Shown here in pieces: positions 46,601-64,000 of a stretch of DNA of 64,000 nt. Every line of letters begins with the position of its first letter. Within the stretch, counting starts at the first letter, position 1. The position numbers and the translations under genes are program-made. A model generated the notes under the pieces. That model did no database searches. It had not been told where the DNA came from and saw only the letters and a list, made by a program, of their open reading frames with translations. The stretch covers positions 8,239,408 through 8,303,407 of the forward strand of contig OZ037771.1 of NCBI GenBank assembly GCA_964035545.1, read 5' to 3'. This DNA is from Bugula neritina. Taxonomy: Eukaryota > Animalia > Bryozoa.

Positions 46601-47370
46601 ACTATCACAACCGGTTGTTTCAGTATGGGGTTATAGTTATACCTAATCTTATACCTTATGCTTCAGTTTGTCATTATGGTTATTATTATCATCATAGTCA
46701 ATATCACTATGATTATACTAAAAAGACCTAGTGGTGAGAGTCAGATTGTGAAGCTGTAATGCTTTATCAGTATATTAATTTAGGTGAATTTAAGTTAAGA
46801 TTGTAGTAAAACTTTATATATATCACTAAAAATCTGTCCTAAAAATAACTGGGTGTATCATACATCTATTAGAAATATAAAAGTTTATACAGACAAAAGT
46901 TTCGAAGTTTTATCAATATGTTTATAAAAGCTGGCGCTCATGATATAAAGACACTACTACTACTACCACACTATTAGTTTTTATTACTTGTGGATAATAG
47001 TTGTTAAAACTCTACGGATGATGAAAATAATCACATATATATTGCTGCCTCAAACAATTTTTTAAGCATAACTGATGGGGTGGTTTTGACTATAATGTTA
47101 TAATGTAATGAATATGACAATGTTATTGGCTACAACTATGATGTGGATTGATAATGTAAGCACTAATACAGCGGCTATATAGTCACATTCATATTCTATT
47201 ACATTGAGTTCAAGTTACCCGCCCCCCCCCCCCTCTCCTATATTTCACATGGTGTAATAATTATTTCAAGTCTAGATTGCTAAAAACTGAAGCTTATTTT
47301 TGTGATTATGGGTGTTACAACCACTGTGTGTTATACTTTGATATAAATTTTCAGAACAAACATGTAAAAG

Positions 47371-61004
<13,634 letters not shown>

Positions 61005-64000
61005 TCTGAAGTCACTGTGCTCCTACAGGTAAACCTTTGCAACTGTCTTTGAATAGCTGTTTGCTCTCTCACCGTTCATAAGTATATAAAATGGCAAAAA
61101 CATGAATCATGATGTTAACAAGTTGCATAGTAATATTTTAAAAGTTTAGCATTTGTTAATTTTAGTAACTGGGTTTTTCCCCGAAGATCTTTTTAAATTT
61201 ACTGCATCATCAAGATCTTTCCTGAGGAAATTGTTATGTTTAGTACATCATCAAGATTTTGAAGTGAATAGTTTTTATATTCCTGTGGTGTAGTTCACTT
61301 GTGTCTCGTTATACTCAGAAAAAATGTCTATTCCAATATATAAATTTATTTATTCACAGTTGTAGGTGGTTAAGATTTCCACTGCAACTACTCCAGTATG
61401 TTGTAACAGCAATATATCTAGTACCAGAAGGAAAAATACAGCTAGTGATGCAATGGACATGCTTTTGAACATCTACAGCATATGCTTTGCGTTATGAATG
61501 AGAGCTTCAGTTTAATATGCATTAGAACCAGTATTTATATGTATGTTACACATGCCTATCAATACAAGATGTACCAGTGTTTTAACTTCAGTGTGTTTTC
61601 ATTTGCATTCTTATCATTTGTTGAATATTTTATGATGTATTATTTGGATACAAATTCATGCAAATTTTAATGGCATCTAAAAATTTGAAATCCTCATTTT
61701 CTACCAAACAAAGAAGAAAAACATCAACTGTATTTTTATTCAATACTACTAGTGTATTCATAGTGTTATAACTTTGGCTCACACCCTTACTAATTATATT
61801 AGTGACACTGGTTTTTTGATGAATCAGTACTTTTTATGTATATATATTATTTCTCCATCACTAAATAATAAACTTGTACATACTGTATAATCTCATATTT
61901 TGTTGTGCTGAATTTATACAACAGCAGTAATGTTACCATACAACAGAAGACAGCTGTTGATACAATAGGGGGGGGGGGGGGGGCTTTATTTGACTCTACA
62001 TTAAAACTAAGGTTGTACAAAAACTAGTAGTTTTATTAGAATTGTTAAAACTGTAGATGCTAAGAACTTTAAACACTTGTCAGCATCCCAGTGGAGGAAA
62101 TATTGTAAATAAGAGGTTTAAACTAAGTCATTTATCCTTTACTGATAGGGCAGCTCACACTTAAAATGGCCTCATATTGGATGATGGCTCATCACTTAAA
62201 CTGAAGGCCCTGCTATATTTTATCATTTGCAAGTGGGGATGATATGAGCTGCACTTAGGCATAGTTCCCACCATCGTATATGCCAGGGGTGGGCAACTTC
62301 TTTTCCAAATTCGGAAGTCGGGCAAAACGAAGGACCACATGATTTTACATATATCAAATTTTATTATGATAAAGTGATTTGTCATTAATTACCCATATAA
62401 TGTGCTAATCAGAATGCATATAACAATTTTCACTTATCTTAAGCATTAAAAAGGCCAGGCAAAGGGCCACAGCCTGGGGCAATAACTGTATCAACAGCAA
62501 AATAGTGAAATATTGTGACTGCGGATGCAATGGATATAAACTATTTTAAGAACGAACATGATCGAGTCAGTATATTATTATGGTAGTTATAACTTATAGT
62601 AGTACTGAGGGTAACTGTTGAACTGAACATGACCTTGACCTAGGAAACATAACATTTAACACCTCCTCTCTTGAGATAGTACTGCAACTAGGGAGAGTAT
62701 AAAACATTAGTTTGGTAACACAGCGCATGGTATGATAACATACCAAAAATGTTAGCAGTATGTTTCAGAATAGCAGTAAAATAACGACATAAAGTTACCA
62801 CAAAATATAACAGACAGTGATGTGTTTTGTGAATCTAAAATTTGTTGAAGTTTACTAGTTCTAACAAAACTGAACTGGTTAATGTGATGCAAACATTATT
62901 ATAGATAACAGATTAGTTTTCAATGGTACTAGAGTGGCAATAAATTGTGTTTGAATATAGAGCACCATTAGAGCTTTTACCCTAAATGTTTAGTAGTAAA
63001 TTAAATAGTTAATATATCATACAATACTGTGTGTTATGTTTAAAAGTTTGCTTGTATTCTTTTTATTTTTTAAGCAATGTGCCATTGTATTCACCTTATA
63101 AAGTCCTACGCTAGCTACTATACCTCACTGCTCTTTATAATATTATTGTGATATATAGACAAAGTTTCATCACATTGCGTATAACTTACAGGGTGGCCAA
63201 CAAAGCTTAACCTAAAATTGAAACGACTTAAGGCTACACATAATATGTAGTGTCACATAAACAATGTAATGTCAATATTGGATATCTGAGATCAATAACA
63301 TGATGAGCTGCTGTATCTACACAGAGTAAACATCTTCCAAAATAAGCTCAATATTTTCATCACTATAGGAGTACAAATGTCAGGTAGGTAACTGTGGCTA
63401 CATGAAGATAGTGTGTATAGCATCAGAAAATTATAGTACAGATTAACAATATTTGTATGTTACAATATATTATTGTAATATATTTTACATATATTATTAA
63501 TATATGTTGGACATTACTAATATATTCTGTTATATATCAATACTCTATATAATTATCATAATGATATAAGTTATATATTAGTATTATAAGTTTTGATAGA
63601 TGCACATTAGTAATTCATGGTAGACTTAAAAGCATAAAATGCACTGGTTTTATCGACAAAGCAAAGAAGCGAATGTATTTATATAATAAACATATTTTCT
63701 TCCAATGATACAAAATATGCTGGATAACAGTAAACTACTAATGATAATCTTGATAACAATGGTTGCTTTGTAATGCTTGCCTCACATTGTGTTTTATTAT
63801 TCCACTAACTAAGCACTATAGGATGTTTTAATTTAATTAGAATAACTTGTAATTAGCTATTTTTAATAATGAATTAAAATATAGCCTAGCTTTAGCCCAA
63901 CTACATTATTTGTATTTGGCTGCATGTGAACCGAGTTATAAGAATTTTTTGATAAAACTGTTGGTTTTTTACAATTTTGAAAACAAATGTTGCAAAATAA

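Noticed and set aside
62284-62480. hAT-like 5' end CAGGGGTGGGCAAC
   Set aside because: No convincing matching 3' TIR or TSD.
63324-63383. Possible first exon of a downstream gene (ACAG|...ATGTCAG|GTAGG)
   Set aside because: Too short, with no continuation inside the window to support it.

Overview
AT-rich, intron-rich eukaryotic genomic DNA, most consistent with an invertebrate animal (species not identifiable from sequence alone). All recognisable genes lie on the + strand, with canonical GT-AG introns whose phases I followed by hand. (1) 3' part of a VIT/vWA (VWA5-like) gene with a long low-complexity tail (2102-7480). (2) A complete 11-exon 26/29-kDa-type cathepsin L-like cysteine protease (8265-16462). 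(3) A small 4-exon single-pass membrane protein resembling KCNE/MinK subunits (19913-21841). (4) A 25-exon, ~1278-aa NRPS-like A-T-R-SDR enzyme with the architecture and motifs of the fungal glycine betaine reductase ATRR (25195-43667); this is the standout, a standalone carboxylic-acid-reducing NRPS-like enzyme embedded in an animal-type chromosome. (5) RNA polymerase II largest subunit RPB1/POLR2A (47371-61004), whose CTD is split into symmetric heptad-multiple exons. Introns hold MITEs, tRNA-derived SINE heads, microsatellites and a recurring class of minisatellites whose repeat unit is a copy of the adjacent splice junction.
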